DNA of 53,324 bases, taken from IMG/VR virus record IMGVR_UViG_3300035670_000280, positions 1 through 53,324 of that record, one strand, 5' to 3'. How positions within the stretch are numbered: the first letter of the stretch is position 1; each line of letters opens with the position of its first letter. The translations under genes and the position numbers were made by a program. This stretch comes from a virus. Taxonomy: Duplodnaviria > Caudoviricetes. This document shows positions 25,839 to 35,987 of the stretch, in pieces. The notes beneath the pieces are model-generated. The model had not been told where the DNA came from, did not search any database, and was given only the letters and a program-made list of their open reading frames with translations.

Positions 25839-28382
25839 TTAGCGGGTAATTGCGACAGATACAGTTGCAGAATCAACAAAGTTTGTTGTGTCGTAAGTGT
25901 AGACGCCAACAGAGCCAGTGGCATAGGAGTGTGGGCGGGCTGCAACAACGTCTACCGCGCTAACTAATGCTGCATAATTTGCGTCAGAAATAGCCGAGGT
26001 AAAGTTTACGGTGTATTGGCCAACAGTATTATCCGTAATACTACTCACATTGCCACTAGCTCTAATTGCGACGGTTCCGGTACCATTGAAGTTGACCCAG
26101 GCAACGGTCTTGAAGGATGACTGCCAAGACGGCGCCGATCCAGAGCCATTGCTGGTGAGCACCTGGCCGCTGGTGCCGTAGTTAGCGCCGGCGATGCCGA
26201 TTTGGCCGGAGGTCCCGATGCGCAGGCGTTCTGTTTCAGAACCAGCTACTTGGGTGCTGATCCGGAACTCATGATCGGTGCTGGTTCGTTGACCAAAGAT
26301 CCATTCAGCAGTGCTGCCGCCGTTGTAGAGGTGGAAGCGCGCTTGGCCGGCTGTAGATGGTGCAACGTAGACGTTACCGATTGAGGCGCTGGTTGTTGGC
26401 AGAGCGAAGTGAACAGGCGCTGCGGGGCTGGAGGTGTTGTGGCCAAGGAAGCCGGCTGAGGTGATGCGGAGGCGTTCGACACCATTAGGATAAAATACTA
26501 AGTTGGCATCAGTAGCGTTGCCGCTATTTTTTATATACGAAAGGCCGCCTAGTCCGTTTCGCAAAACCATTTCATAATTATCTGAAGCGTCTCGATAAAA
26601 GCCAGACTCGTTTGCAAGACCAATGCTGTCAAGACGTAGTTGCCAGCCAGCCGTTGTTGCAGGTGTTTTAACATGAAGAAAGCCACTCGGACTGCTCGTC
26701 CCAATCCCCACGCGGCCGGAGCTGTCGATGCGGAGGCGTTCATTATTTCCTGCTCCAAACTTAAGGTTAGATGAAGTATCACAAGCAATAAATCCATATT
26801 GCGTAGAAACTGGATTATTTGTAAACTGTAGCGCTCCAGCACCAGCTGTTGTATTAGTTCTTATCCGCAACGCATAGCCAAGGCCAGCCGTTGCGTCAGC
26901 GCTGGAGATGTCTAGCGCGTATCCAGGATCAATGTTGCCTATTCCAATGGCGCCGGTGGTGGTAACTGTCAAATAGTCATTCTCAACACCAGCCACCATC
27001 TTGGACAGTTTGAATGCGTGGTCGGTGATGGTCTTCTGGCCGAATAGCCACTCGGCCTGACCGCCGCCATTGAACAAGCGGTAGCGTGCTTGGCCGCTGT
27101 TGGCGATATAGATATTGCCGGAATCTGCATTGGGCGGGTTGCCTGATACCTGAAGGATTGTCCCTGGGGCGGTGGTGCCTAGGCCGACGTATCCGCCTGC
27201 GCCGTTGAGAATGAGGGAGCTTGGGTTGTGGGCGTCGTAGGCTTGAATAGAACCCACGTACGATGTAGGCCCTTGAAAATACCCAACCTGAAGCCTATAT
27301 CCAGAGTTTGCTGTTGCTTCGCCAACCGTAATTTGATTGGCAGCTGCAGGAGTGGATGGACTGGATGCTGGGACTACGGTAAAGCGGCTGTAGGGAGCGG
27401 TGGTGCCTAGGCCGAGGTTGCCAGAACCGTTGATCCTAAGTCGCTCAAATGTTCTTGCCGCAGCATCATTACCGGCTCCGTTACGACCAACGCCAACCGA
27501 TAGAAACTCACTTCCCCACGCTCCCCCATTGAAGCCAGCTACAACATCCGCAGTTCGTCGAGGTACATTATCAGCAGTCCCTTCAAAGGTTGAGTAGAGA
27601 GAAAAAGTAGCCCTACGTCCTTGCGCAGTGCTAGGTGCTGTAAGCTTCAGCGTCATTCCATCTGTTGTCCCGTCCGCGACAACATCTAGGCCAGCGCTCG
27701 GACTTATGGTGCCTATGCCAACACGACCACTTGTGTCAACAGTCAGATAATCAGTCTCCGACCCAGCAACGCTCCTGCTGAGCTTGAAGCTGTGGTCTGT
27801 GCTCGTTTTCTGGCCAAACAGCCACTCGGCTGTGCCGCCACCGTTGAACAAGTGAAAGCGAGCTTGACCGGCAACGCTTGGTGCGATACGGACGTTGCCA
27901 ATCGTTGCACTCGCCGCCGCTAGTGTGACATCAACGCTTGTACCTGGTGTTGCGGTGCCGACGCCCAGCTCACCAGCAGCGTCAATAAACACGCGGCCGG
28001 CACTATTGGTGGCCAAGCCAATCGTGTTGGTGCCCGCTAGGTAGAGCCCGTTAGCTGGCGCGGAGCTGCCCGTGGGTATCAATGCGGTGCCACGTACGCT
28101 GCCGGTGCTGGTAATCGCCCCAGAGCCCAGCGTGCCGCCGATACTGGCGTTGCCAGTGGTGCTGAGACCGGTCAGCGCATAGGTACTGGTCAGCTCAGCC
28201 CAGCTGCTGCCATTCCACTTCTGCCAGCGGTTGACCGAGCTGTTCCAGCGGATGGCGCCGGTGGGGATGTTGCTGCTGGTCGTGCCGTCAAACTGCAGCG
28301 CCAAGTCCGTGTCGCGGTCCTTCACCTCCGTAAGGAAGTTGGTATAGGTGCTGGTCAGCAGTGGGTTGGACCAGTTGGCCAT
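25839..28382 (-). CDS. Tail fibre / receptor-binding protein with repeated modules
   Basis: Recurrent RLRI..G.VGIGT..P units; C-terminal AWVNFNGTG..NVSSITD domain. Confidence 0.85.
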   Translation of the reverse strand: MANWSNPLLTSTYTNFLTEVKDRDTDLALQFDGTTSSNIPTGAIRWNSSVNRWQKWNGSSWAELTSTYALTGLSTTGNASIGGTLGSGAITSTGSVRGTALIPTGSSAPANGLYLAGTNTIGLATNSAGRVFIDAAGELGVGTATPGTSVDVTLAAASATIGNVRIAPSVAGQARFHLFNGGGTAEWLFGQKTSTDHSFKLSRSVAGSETDYLTVDTSGRVGIGTISPSAGLDVVADGTTDGMTLKLTAPSTAQGRRATFSLYSTFEGTADNVPRRTADVVAGFNGGAWGSEFLSVGVGRNGAGNDAAARTFERLRINGSGNLGLGTTAPYSRFTVVPASSPSTPAAANQITVGEATANSGYRLQVGYFQGPTSYVGSIQAYDAHNPSSLILNGAGGYVGLGTTAPGTILQVSGNPPNADSGNIYIANSGQARYRLFNGGGQAEWLFGQKTITDHAFKLSKMVAGVENDYLTVTTTGAIGIGNIDPGYALDISSADATAGLGYALRIRTNTTAGAGALQFTNNPVSTQYGFIACDTSSNLKFGAGNNERLRIDSSGRVGIGTSSPSGFLHVKTPATTAGWQLRLDSIGLANESGFYRDASDNYEMVLRNGLGGLSYIKNSGNATDANLVFYPNGVERLRITSAGFLGHNTSSPAAPVHFALPTTSASIGNVYVAPSTAGQARFHLYNGGSTAEWIFGQRTSTDHEFRISTQVAGSETERLRIGTSGQIGIAGANYGTSGQVLTSNGSGSAPSWQSSFKTVAWVNFNGTGTVAIRASGNVSSITDNTVGQYTVNFTSAISDANYAALVSAVDVVAARPHSYATGSVGVYTYDTTNFVDSATVSVAITR

Positions 28383-28385
28383 GGT

Positions 28386-31300
28386 TTAGCTTCCTCGGGC
28401 TTGCCAGCTGAAGGGGCCGCTCACCCGGTTGCCCGAGGTATCGAACAGCAGCACCTTGAAGCTGGTTGGGTTGGGGGCGTCAACAAAATCATAAATCGCA
28501 ATTCGAGGGGTCGTCCCGCTCGGCGTTACGGCAATGCTTTCGATGTCCACGAAAGGCACGTTGAAGTTGACCGTTGTTCCGCCCGTGTCGGCAGCGTTAG
28601 CGGTGCCGTTACCCATGTCGTTCTTGATCTTCACGTCGAGGCGGACGTTGAGACCACTGAGCTGCAGCAGGTCGTCGCCGCCCACGCTGCTGAAGTCATA
28701 GCGGACCTTCACGTAGCGGAAGTTGGTAGCGTAGACCGACTCGGTGTTGGCGTAGTCGGTCCAAGCGCCCCCGGCTGTGGTTTTCACGCTGAGCATGGGG
28801 GTCACCGTCACAGAGCCCGCCACTGCCTGCCGTGTGAGTGTTGAGGTGATCTTGGTGCCGGCCAGCACGGTGCCGTAGTCGAACTCCTCGACATAGCTGC
28901 CGGTCGTCGTCGACGGCATGGCGTAGATGGTGAAGCCGGCGTTGACCTGATCCTGCGGGGTAGTCCAACCGCGTGAAGTGAAGTGCTGCTGCCAGGTCTC
29001 AGTCGGATCCACGGTGGCCAACAGGCCGCCGGCGTTGACCTTCAGGTTGGTGGAGGTGCCGGTGAAGGTGCTGTCAATGTTGGAGCGCAGCAGGTAGTCC
29101 GGCGGTTGGTTGACCTGCGCTGTCACACTGGCCGGTGTGCCGACGTTGCCGGCAGTGTCGATGCCCGCCAGCCAGTAGGTGTAGTTGCCTGAAATGGTCT
29201 CGAATACCGTGGTGAACAGGCCCTGCTTAGTGCCAACTGAGGTGCCGCCTGCGTAAGTTGCGCCACGGCGTAGCTCGTAGTAGACGATGGGCAGGGTTTG
29301 CGTGGAGTCGGTCCAGCGCAGCAGGACGTTGTTGTCGATGACCTGCTGGCTGATTGATGGTGCTGAGGGTGAAGTCACCACCACGTCTTGGAACTGCTGA
29401 GCGCCTTGATTACCAACAACGTCGAACGCGACGACCCAGAAGCGTTGCGTGCCGCCCCAATTCACCTTGAGGCTGTAAGCGGTGGACTTGATCTCGGCCA
29501 GCACCGTGGCTGACGCAAAGGTGCTGCCCCTGAGCACTCGGTAATAGGCCGTGTCGAGACTGCCCTGAACGGCGCCCCAAGTCAGCAGTACCTCTTCACC
29601 GGCAAACGTGTTGAGTACGGTGGGGGCTGGGGGCGCCTGTACCGTGGCCACGACGGAGCCGGGGGTGCCCAGATCGCCGTTGCTGTTGATGCCCGTCACC
29701 CAGAAGGTTTGGGCACCCAGCCAGCTTGCTTCAGTCTTGAACGTGGTGGATTGCACCCGTCCTAAGACTGTTGCGGTTGCATAGGTCGCGCCGCGTCTCA
29801 GTTCGTAGGCCGTAATGGGGAGCAGACTGCTGGCGCCACTCCAAACAAGGGTGAGCAGGTCACCGGCAAAGCTCGCCGTGATAGTCGGAGCAGTTACGGC
29901 AGTGATCGAGACAGTGCGCGGACCTGCGGCGCCGACATTGCCGGCCGTGTCCACCGCTGCGACGTAGAACGTGCGGTCTCCTGCCCACGCACCGTTGACG
30001 GTGAAGCTATTGGAGTTGATGATGCCAAGTGGTTGGCCGGCGGCAAAGCTGCTGCCGTAACGCACATCGTAGTAGGCAGTGGGTAGGGTGCCCTCAACGC
30101 TGTTCCACGACAGCACCACCTGAGCACCCGAAAAGGTGCTGCTGACAGTTGGCGCTGCTGCTGCTGCCGGGCTGACCGTGACTGTTGCGGCGGTGCCAAG
30201 GTTGCCGTTGGCATCAACAGCCTGGACGCTGAACGCCTGCGAACCCGTCCAGTCCACCTTCACGCTGAAGCTGGTGGTCTGGATCGTTGCGACTACCGTT
30301 GCCCCACGGCTGATTCGATAGAACCGGGTCTTCGTGGTGCCGTTGACTTCACCCCAGGTCAGCACCGCGTTCTGGCCTGCGTAGGCCACTGACACCGTGG
30401 GAGCCGGGGCTTGGGTCACGTTGACTACGACAGACCCTTCGGCGCTTTGGTTGCCTGCTAGGTCTACAGCCTTGACGTAGAAGGTTCGTGCGCCGTTCCA
30501 AGTAATCGGCAGCGAGGTGGTTGTGGTTTTGATTTCGCCAATCGCCCCAACGTTTGAGCGCACCACGTAAGCGGCGATGGAGTAGGTGCCGGTTGAAGCC
30601 GGCCAGCTCAGTGTCACTAGGTCGCCGGCCACGGTAGCGGTGACAGTCGGCGCAGTAGGCGGACTGATGGTGACGGTAGTGCTTGCCGCAGTAGCGCTGT
30701 AGATGTCCGATGTATCAATAGCGCGAATTGAATAGGTGAGGGTACCGGGGGCCAGCTGGCCAAGTTTGTAACTAGTTGCAGCGACCCTAGTAACGAATGA
30801 GGATGAGGCCCAGGTGCTGCCTTGGCGAATTTCGTACTCGCTTAAGTCGAGGTCCGCGATTGGGTTCCACGTCAACGTAACACCGATGTTCCCATCTAAG
30901 ACTGATGTAAAGCCGGTGACGTTGGCCGGAGGAGCGGTCTTGCCTAGTGCATTGATGCTGTCTGTTGCTGCGGTAGTGGACAGCTTCATTGCGGCGTTCA
31001 TTGAGAACACCTGTACCTCGAATAGGCCGGGAGTGATGTCTAGGATTTCGTAGTCATTGGTCAAGACATCAGCGATGCTCCAGTTGGCGTTGTCCTTACG
31101 CCACTTAACGCGGTACTGGGCGATACCTAGGACACTAGGCCATGAGGCAATTACCTTGGCGCGGACTTGGCTTTGGTATGTGTAGAGGGTTTCGCTGAGG
31201 TTTAAGGCGGTGGGGGCATCTGGTATTTCGTTTAGATCGGATACATCGCGCTGTGTTAAGGGGCGCCCCCGCTCGACGTAGGCGTATTTGCTTGAGTTAT

Positions 31301-33566
31301 AGGCTAGTGCGCTTATTTGATACTGTGCTTGGTCTTGCTCGGTGACGCTTAGGACACGCCATGTGGAGGTCTGAATACTGGCGTTTTCTAGGATCCAGAT
31401 GCTATTTGTGTTGGGGGCGGTAGGCAGCGCAGATGTGAGTGTGATTACCTTGCTAACGATTGTAGATACGTTTCGTGTTGCAACTGTTCCGTCTGGAAGA
31501 ATGACAGATAGAGTAGCGCCGGTTGCGCTAAGTCCTGTTGCGTCGTCAACTGTGACTGTGGTGGTAGTTGCGGCCGCGATGCGACCACCGCGACGGGCGC
31601 CAGCTCGCACGGGGTCACTGATCTCAATGATCTGGCCAGGACGCACCACCACACCCGCGTCGATGCTGGCGGTAAAGGTGACTACTTCGCCCTCATACTG
31701 CTCTGAGTAGAGCAGCCACTCACCGATACGCCCTGCCTGCGCTCTACTTGTACAGGCAAATGCACTAATCTCCGTAGTGATTGCTCCGTACTTGGCAATA
31801 GATGCCTGATCCTCTACTACCTCATAGGCTGTATCACGCAGCTCTAAGTCGATATAACTTACGACAGCTACGTTTGGACGGGTTTTTAGGCTGCTGCTTG
31901 AATAGGTGAATCCCTCTTCTGCGACGTTGGCAAGCGTGAATAGGTAAGCGGTATCGCCGGGCTTATCCTGGCTTAGGGTTAGTGCGCCTGCGCTCCAATA
32001 CGGCATAGCTCGAAATACCGAGCACATGTCATTGATGAGTTTGTAGGCTTCTTCTTGGGTTTGGATGTTTACGTTGCAAGAAAAGCGGGGTTCTTGGCCC
32101 CCGAAGCCATTGGGTACTAACTCCGCGCAGTATTGACTTGCGGAGTAGAAGGCCCACTTATCAAGCTGAGCGGCGTTGATATGGTTGCCGAAGCCGTAAC
32201 GAGTTGAGGTAAGTAGGTCGTAAAGGATCCAAGCGGGATCGCTACACCATTGGGCAGCTCCAAAGCTGCCGTTCCACATACCGGCGTAAATAAGACGACC
32301 GGTAGCGGAATCAACGGTCGCGTTTGATGGGATGCGGATTTTGATACCACGGATGAGGTAAGAGCGTGTAGGTATGGAGTTAAACTGCTCAGCATCAACG
32401 CGAAGAGCTACGAGGGCGCTGTTCGGGTACCGGAGCTTGGCATAGGTGAGTTCTGTGTAGCTGGCCCAGCTGAAGGCATTTGTGATTTTGGCGGAAGCAC
32501 CTCCAGGGGCATCCTGCTCTGAGCTGTCGCCTGTGATCCGCGTAACTTTAATGTTTACAGGCTTAGATCCGGTAAGAGGTACTAGGTAAGTGCGCTGGTA
32601 AAGGTCGGCGGTGCGCCCTCGTACAATTTCGTCGATGACTGTTGTGTAACCGCCGCCGGAATACTGCGTAGCGATTTGTAGCCTAAAAACGCTGCCTACA
32701 ATATCTCCTTGATCTGTAATGCGTTGTAGGGCGGGTACGTTAATGGTTACCCGTGCTGCATCGACAGTTGTATCTGTGATGGTGCGTACAACTGGGGTAG
32801 CTTGTAACACCGTGACGCCTACAGCTACTTCGTTCTCAACTGCATCTGTTGAGGGGATGTAGTTCTGGTCTTGTGTGCCGTTACGTGCCCATACAGTTAC
32901 GTTGGAGAAGTTGTAGGAACCGTCGGCATTCTGTAGGGGAGTATTGTTTAGGAAGATCGACTTATAGTTATCCTTCAGTCCCTCGATTTCGCCTTCACTA
33001 ATTAGGTCAATTAAACTGGCATATTGAGTGGAGTCAAGGGTGTCGGCGGCTTCAGTGGGGGTGTAGGTCTGACCGCCACCACTGCCTTTTGTCGGTTCTG
33101 GTCCGCCCGCGCCAGCGATGAGCCCGGTGCCGAGGCCGGCGTTATGGACGCGGAGGCCGCCGGCGATGAATGTGTGATGGCCCTCAACGGTGAGGTTGTA
33201 AACGGTATCGCAGCCGAGGGCTGTCCGCTCTACGATCGGCCGCAGATGCCCGTTTTCATCTACCAGGCAATCATCGCCGCCCAGCGTGCCAATCTCTACG
33301 AAAGCGTTGTATTGGTTAAGGACCCAATGGTTGGGGGTTGCGTCCAGTACGGCGCCGCCCCAAAGCCTGTAGCGAACTACCTCCTCGCCTTCATGAACGT
33401 GGACCTTGAGGATTTTGGCAGCATGGAGCTTGCCATGATCATCGAAGCTGAGTACCGCATCGCCTGGGTGCAGTTCGTCGATGCGGCGGTGGCCGTCTGG
33501 TGTGCGAACCAGCGTGTGGCCAAGAAAACAGCCACCTGCACCACCTGCACCGACGATCCGTGTCAT
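28386..33566 (-). CDS. Tail tip / central fibre protein J with N-terminal Hint domain and FN3/Ig-like repeats
   Basis: DLISEGEIEGL, YPNSAL, WCSDPAW, EPRFSCN, ACTSRAQA, PGQIIEISDP; Hint at aa 13-142. Confidence 0.92.
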   Translation of the reverse strand: MTRIVGAGGAGGCFLGHTLVRTPDGHRRIDELHPGDAVLSFDDHGKLHAAKILKVHVHEGEEVVRYRLWGGAVLDATPNHWVLNQYNAFVEIGTLGGDDCLVDENGHLRPIVERTALGCDTVYNLTVEGHHTFIAGGLRVHNAGLGTGLIAGAGGPEPTKGSGGGQTYTPTEAADTLDSTQYASLIDLISEGEIEGLKDNYKSIFLNNTPLQNADGSYNFSNVTVWARNGTQDQNYIPSTDAVENEVAVGVTVLQATPVVRTITDTTVDAARVTINVPALQRITDQGDIVGSVFRLQIATQYSGGGYTTVIDEIVRGRTADLYQRTYLVPLTGSKPVNIKVTRITGDSSEQDAPGGASAKITNAFSWASYTELTYAKLRYPNSALVALRVDAEQFNSIPTRSYLIRGIKIRIPSNATVDSATGRLIYAGMWNGSFGAAQWCSDPAWILYDLLTSTRYGFGNHINAAQLDKWAFYSASQYCAELVPNGFGGQEPRFSCNVNIQTQEEAYKLINDMCSVFRAMPYWSAGALTLSQDKPGDTAYLFTLANVAEEGFTYSSSSLKTRPNVAVVSYIDLELRDTAYEVVEDQASIAKYGAITTEISAFACTSRAQAGRIGEWLLYSEQYEGEVVTFTASIDAGVVVRPGQIIEISDPVRAGARRGGRIAAATTTTVTVDDATGLSATGATLSVILPDGTVATRNVSTIVSKVITLTSALPTAPNTNSIWILENASIQTSTWRVLSVTEQDQAQYQISALAYNSSKYAYVERGRPLTQRDVSDLNEIPDAPTALNLSETLYTYQSQVRAKVIASWPSVLGIAQYRVKWRKDNANWSIADVLTNDYEILDITPGLFEVQVFSMNAAMKLSTTAATDSINALGKTAPPANVTGFTSVLDGNIGVTLTWNPIADLDLSEYEIRQGSTWASSSFVTRVAATSYKLGQLAPGTLTYSIRAIDTSDIYSATAASTTVTISPPTAPTVTATVAGDLVTLSWPASTGTYSIAAYVVRSNVGAIGEIKTTTTSLPITWNGARTFYVKAVDLAGNQSAEGSVVVNVTQAPAPTVSVAYAGQNAVLTWGEVNGTTKTRFYRISRGATVVATIQTTSFSVKVDWTGSQAFSVQAVDANGNLGTAATVTVSPAAAAAPTVSSTFSGAQVVLSWNSVEGTLPTAYYDVRYGSSFAAGQPLGIINSNSFTVNGAWAGDRTFYVAAVDTAGNVGAAGPRTVSITAVTAPTITASFAGDLLTLVWSGASSLLPITAYELRRGATYATATVLGRVQSTTFKTEASWLGAQTFWVTGINSNGDLGTPGSVVATVQAPPAPTVLNTFAGEEVLLTWGAVQGSLDTAYYRVLRGSTFASATVLAEIKSTAYSLKVNWGGTQRFWVVAFDVVGNQGAQQFQDVVVTSPSAPSISQQVIDNNVLLRWTDSTQTLPIVYYELRRGATYAGGTSVGTKQGLFTTVFETISGNYTYWLAGIDTAGNVGTPASVTAQVNQPPDYLLRSNIDSTFTGTSTNLKVNAGGLLATVDPTETWQQHFTSRGWTTPQDQVNAGFTIYAMPSTTTGSYVEEFDYGTVLAGTKITSTLTRQAVAGSVTVTPMLSVKTTAGGAWTDYANTESVYATNFRYVKVRYDFSSVGGDDLLQLSGLNVRLDVKIKNDMGNGTANAADTGGTTVNFNVPFVDIESIAVTPSGTTPRIAIYDFVDAPNPTSFKVLLFDTSGNRVSGPFSWQARGS
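33141..33530 (-). other. Hint (BIL/intein-like) autoprocessing domain within J
   Basis: CFLGHTLV (block A), TPNH (B), VYNLTVEGHHTFIAGG (F), HN (G); +1 residue is Ala. Confidence 0.88.
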
Positions 33567-34153
33567 ACCGTCACCTGTACCGTGTCGATGCCTGCAGAGA
33601 TCACTACAGAGCCCACCAGGGTTTCGCCATAGACAATAGGCACCGGTACCCCTTGTCTAGACGTATTTTGGATTCCACTAAAACTGTAGGACTTGCGGGG
33701 ATCTTTGGCTGTATCTACCGTGGTTTGCGTTGTCGGTATGACTGGTACAGGGGTAAGTAATTGGGATACGCCACCTAAGACTAGGCTCGCTCCTAGACCT
33801 CCAATAAGAGTTGCAATACCTGAACCTGCGGCAGCAATACCTAATGGAATAATAAAAAAGGACAAGGCAACTAACCCTATTCCGGCAAGGATGCGACCTG
33901 TGGCACCAGCACCGGCAACGACGGGAATGATCTTGATTTCTTGCGTACCAGAGGGGTTGTGGATTTCGTCGAAACTTAGGTCGTAGCCTCCTACGCTTAC
34001 ACGGTAGTGCTGGTCAGCCATGTGCTTTTCCAGCTGAGGGAAATTGGTCACTAGAAAACGCACCGCCTCGGCAGCGCTGCTTATTTCGGCTTCAAATTTG
34101 CGGCGCTTCAGAAACTTAGCTAAGCGCCCGTAGATGCGAATTGTACGCAGCAT
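33563..34153 (-). CDS. Tail assembly protein I (ubiquitin-like N-terminus)
   Basis: IRIYGRL, AEAVRFL, IIPVVAGAG, SYSFSG..GVPVPIVYGE. Confidence 0.88.
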   Translation of the reverse strand: MLRTIRIYGRLAKFLKRRKFEAEISSAAEAVRFLVTNFPQLEKHMADQHYRVSVGGYDLSFDEIHNPSGTQEIKIIPVVAGAGATGRILAGIGLVALSFFIIPLGIAAAGSGIATLIGGLGASLVLGGVSQLLTPVPVIPTTQTTVDTAKDPRKSYSFSGIQNTSRQGVPVPIVYGETLVGSVVISAGIDTVQVTV

Positions 34154-34908
34154 TAGGTTAACCCAAGCCTTTCTGCATCGTAATGGCGGAGGCGGCGGCC
34201 TGTGCATTTCTGTAGCCAGCCCCCGTAGATATCGCGGCTGCTGAGGCGGCCTCGGATGTGATGCAGTACGAGCTGATCACCGATGTACACCCCGACGTGG
34301 TTGAGGCCAAGGCCGCTGATGCTCATCAGCACCGCGTCGCCGGGCTCCAACGGTTCCTCCTCTTCGTTCAGTTCTCGGAAGCCCGCGTCCTTCCAGTAGC
34401 GATCGAACAGAGGATCTGCCTCGAAGGCTTCAGGGGTAAGCGGACGCTCCCAATCTGGAAGATCTAAGCCGTTCTCGGCGTACCAATCCCGCGCCAGCGT
34501 CCAGCAATCGCTTAGTCCCCAGACCCACTCGCGGCCAATCAGCGGTGCTTTGTAGCCGGAAGGAAGCAACTCATCGCTCCACGCCTCGGTTTTTGGATTG
34601 ACGATCCACCAGGGGAGATCCGTGCGCTCAATGGCGAGAAGGTCGGCTTGGCTGGGGATCGGCGGTGTGACTGGATGGCTATGCACGACTGCTGTAATCT
34701 CACCAGCATCCTCGGCTGCGGCATAGTCCTGCGGATCGAGGATGAATTGTTCGGTGCCGGCAGCAAGGTTGCGGCAGGGCCAGTAGCGTTCGCGGCCTTT
34801 GACGACCACCACTAAGCCGCACGCCTCGCGCGGATCCTCTGCTTTTGCGTGCATGAGTGCAGCATCGCGCCAAGTAAGTGGTGTGGGATCCGTAGGTGAG
34901 GTGTTCAT
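34153..34908 (-). CDS. Tail assembly protein K (JAB/MPN plus NlpC/P60)
   Basis: EACG..HSHP..PSQAD; DCWTL..NHVGVY..LHH. Confidence 0.92.
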   Translation of the reverse strand: MNTSPTDPTPLTWRDAALMHAKAEDPREACGLVVVVKGRERYWPCRNLAAGTEQFILDPQDYAAAEDAGEITAVVHSHPVTPPIPSQADLLAIERTDLPWWIVNPKTEAWSDELLPSGYKAPLIGREWVWGLSDCWTLARDWYAENGLDLPDWERPLTPEAFEADPLFDRYWKDAGFRELNEEEEPLEPGDAVLMSISGLGLNHVGVYIGDQLVLHHIRGRLSSRDIYGGWLQKCTGRRLRHYDAERLGLT

Positions 34909-34914
34909 AGGGGC

Positions 34915-35637
34915 TTAGGCGAAATAAGTACCTACTCCAGGGAAAGACCCGAAGGGTAATTCAGCGTTTGCTCCAAACCGTACTTTACAGCTATTTAACC
35001 GCTTACCGCAAACGTCCTGTGCAGCACTGGCTACGGACTGATCGCTTTCGTTGAAATAGTTGGTTCCTGTGTATCCACATTCGGCAGAGCGATATACCCA
35101 CTGGCATATGTTACTGATGCACTGGCGCTTGGGGGCTCGAACACCGATGAGGTCAAAGGCGGCTGCCAGCTCAAACTCCACTACATCGCGGGTTTCGGCT
35201 GCTTTGCGATCAACGTAGTAGACCTCGCGGGGAAATTCAGCCGTGGGATCCGGGGTGCCGTAGGGATTAACCCCGCCGGGGAAGTTCACAGCGTCGATGT
35301 ACCGGGCTAGGGTGCGAATCCGCGTTACCTTTGCGCCCTCAAGCCCTGCAGGAAGACTCAACAGGATCGAGGTAATGGTGCCGAGGATGTTGCTGCAGCG
35401 AATCTTGGGTCGAGGCAAAGAACCCTTGCCTTCGTACGCAAACCCTTCAGCCTCGACGGGAAAACGTGTGTAGGAATTACCTGCCCACACCAGCTCGCCG
35501 TTGCTGTTGAGGCTTGTGCCCGCGTGGAAGCGGTATGTGGTTGTTACGCCATGCTGCAGTGCGTTTAGCTCTAGGGTAAATAGCTCGATTATGGCGCTTG
35601 GGGAAATCGCCTGTAGATCGGAGATAGGGACGGCCAT
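34915..35637 (-). CDS. Minor tail protein L
   Basis: IIELFTL, RIRTLARYID, CQWVYRSAECGY, DVCGKRLNSC, PFGSFPG. Confidence 0.92.
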   Translation of the reverse strand: MAVPISDLQAISPSAIIELFTLELNALQHGVTTTYRFHAGTSLNSNGELVWAGNSYTRFPVEAEGFAYEGKGSLPRPKIRCSNILGTITSILLSLPAGLEGAKVTRIRTLARYIDAVNFPGGVNPYGTPDPTAEFPREVYYVDRKAAETRDVVEFELAAAFDLIGVRAPKRQCISNICQWVYRSAECGYTGTNYFNESDQSVASAAQDVCGKRLNSCKVRFGANAELPFGSFPGVGTYFA

Positions 35638-35642
35638 AAATT

Positions 35643-35978
35643 TTAAGGTTCGTAGACCTGACGGAACGTGGCTCTAATCTGGTTATTATTGCAGTTACTA
35701 AGGGTCAGCTGCCAGTCGTCGCAAACGTATTTACCGGCGGTCCCACGGGGAGGAGTCCAGTCGAAGCTCTCTACTCCGCCTCGTGCGTCTAGGAAGGCGA
35801 GGATCAGATCGCGCTCGGCGTCTGTGCGGTTAGAAAATACCAACTGCCACTCCTTGGGGTTAGTGTTAAGACCGAATCGTATGCGTTGTTCGTAGCCATC
35901 TCCTGATGCAAATTTGCGTACACGAGGCTTACTTACCTCTGTGGGCTCGTAGGAACTGACGTAGGTAAATGTCGCCAT
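35643..35978 (-). CDS. Minor tail protein M (distal tail)
   Basis: GDGYEQR..GLN, FLDARGG.ESFDWTPP, ATFRQVYEP. Confidence 0.92.
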   Translation of the reverse strand: MATFTYVSSYEPTEVSKPRVRKFASGDGYEQRIRFGLNTNPKEWQLVFSNRTDAERDLILAFLDARGGVESFDWTPPRGTAGKYVCDDWQLTLSNCNNNQIRATFRQVYEP

Positions 35979-35987
35979 GATTACACC

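Noticed and set aside
33141-33530. Canonical mobile intein
   Set aside because: There is no homing endonuclease and the +1 residue is Ala; reported instead as a BIL-type Hint domain.
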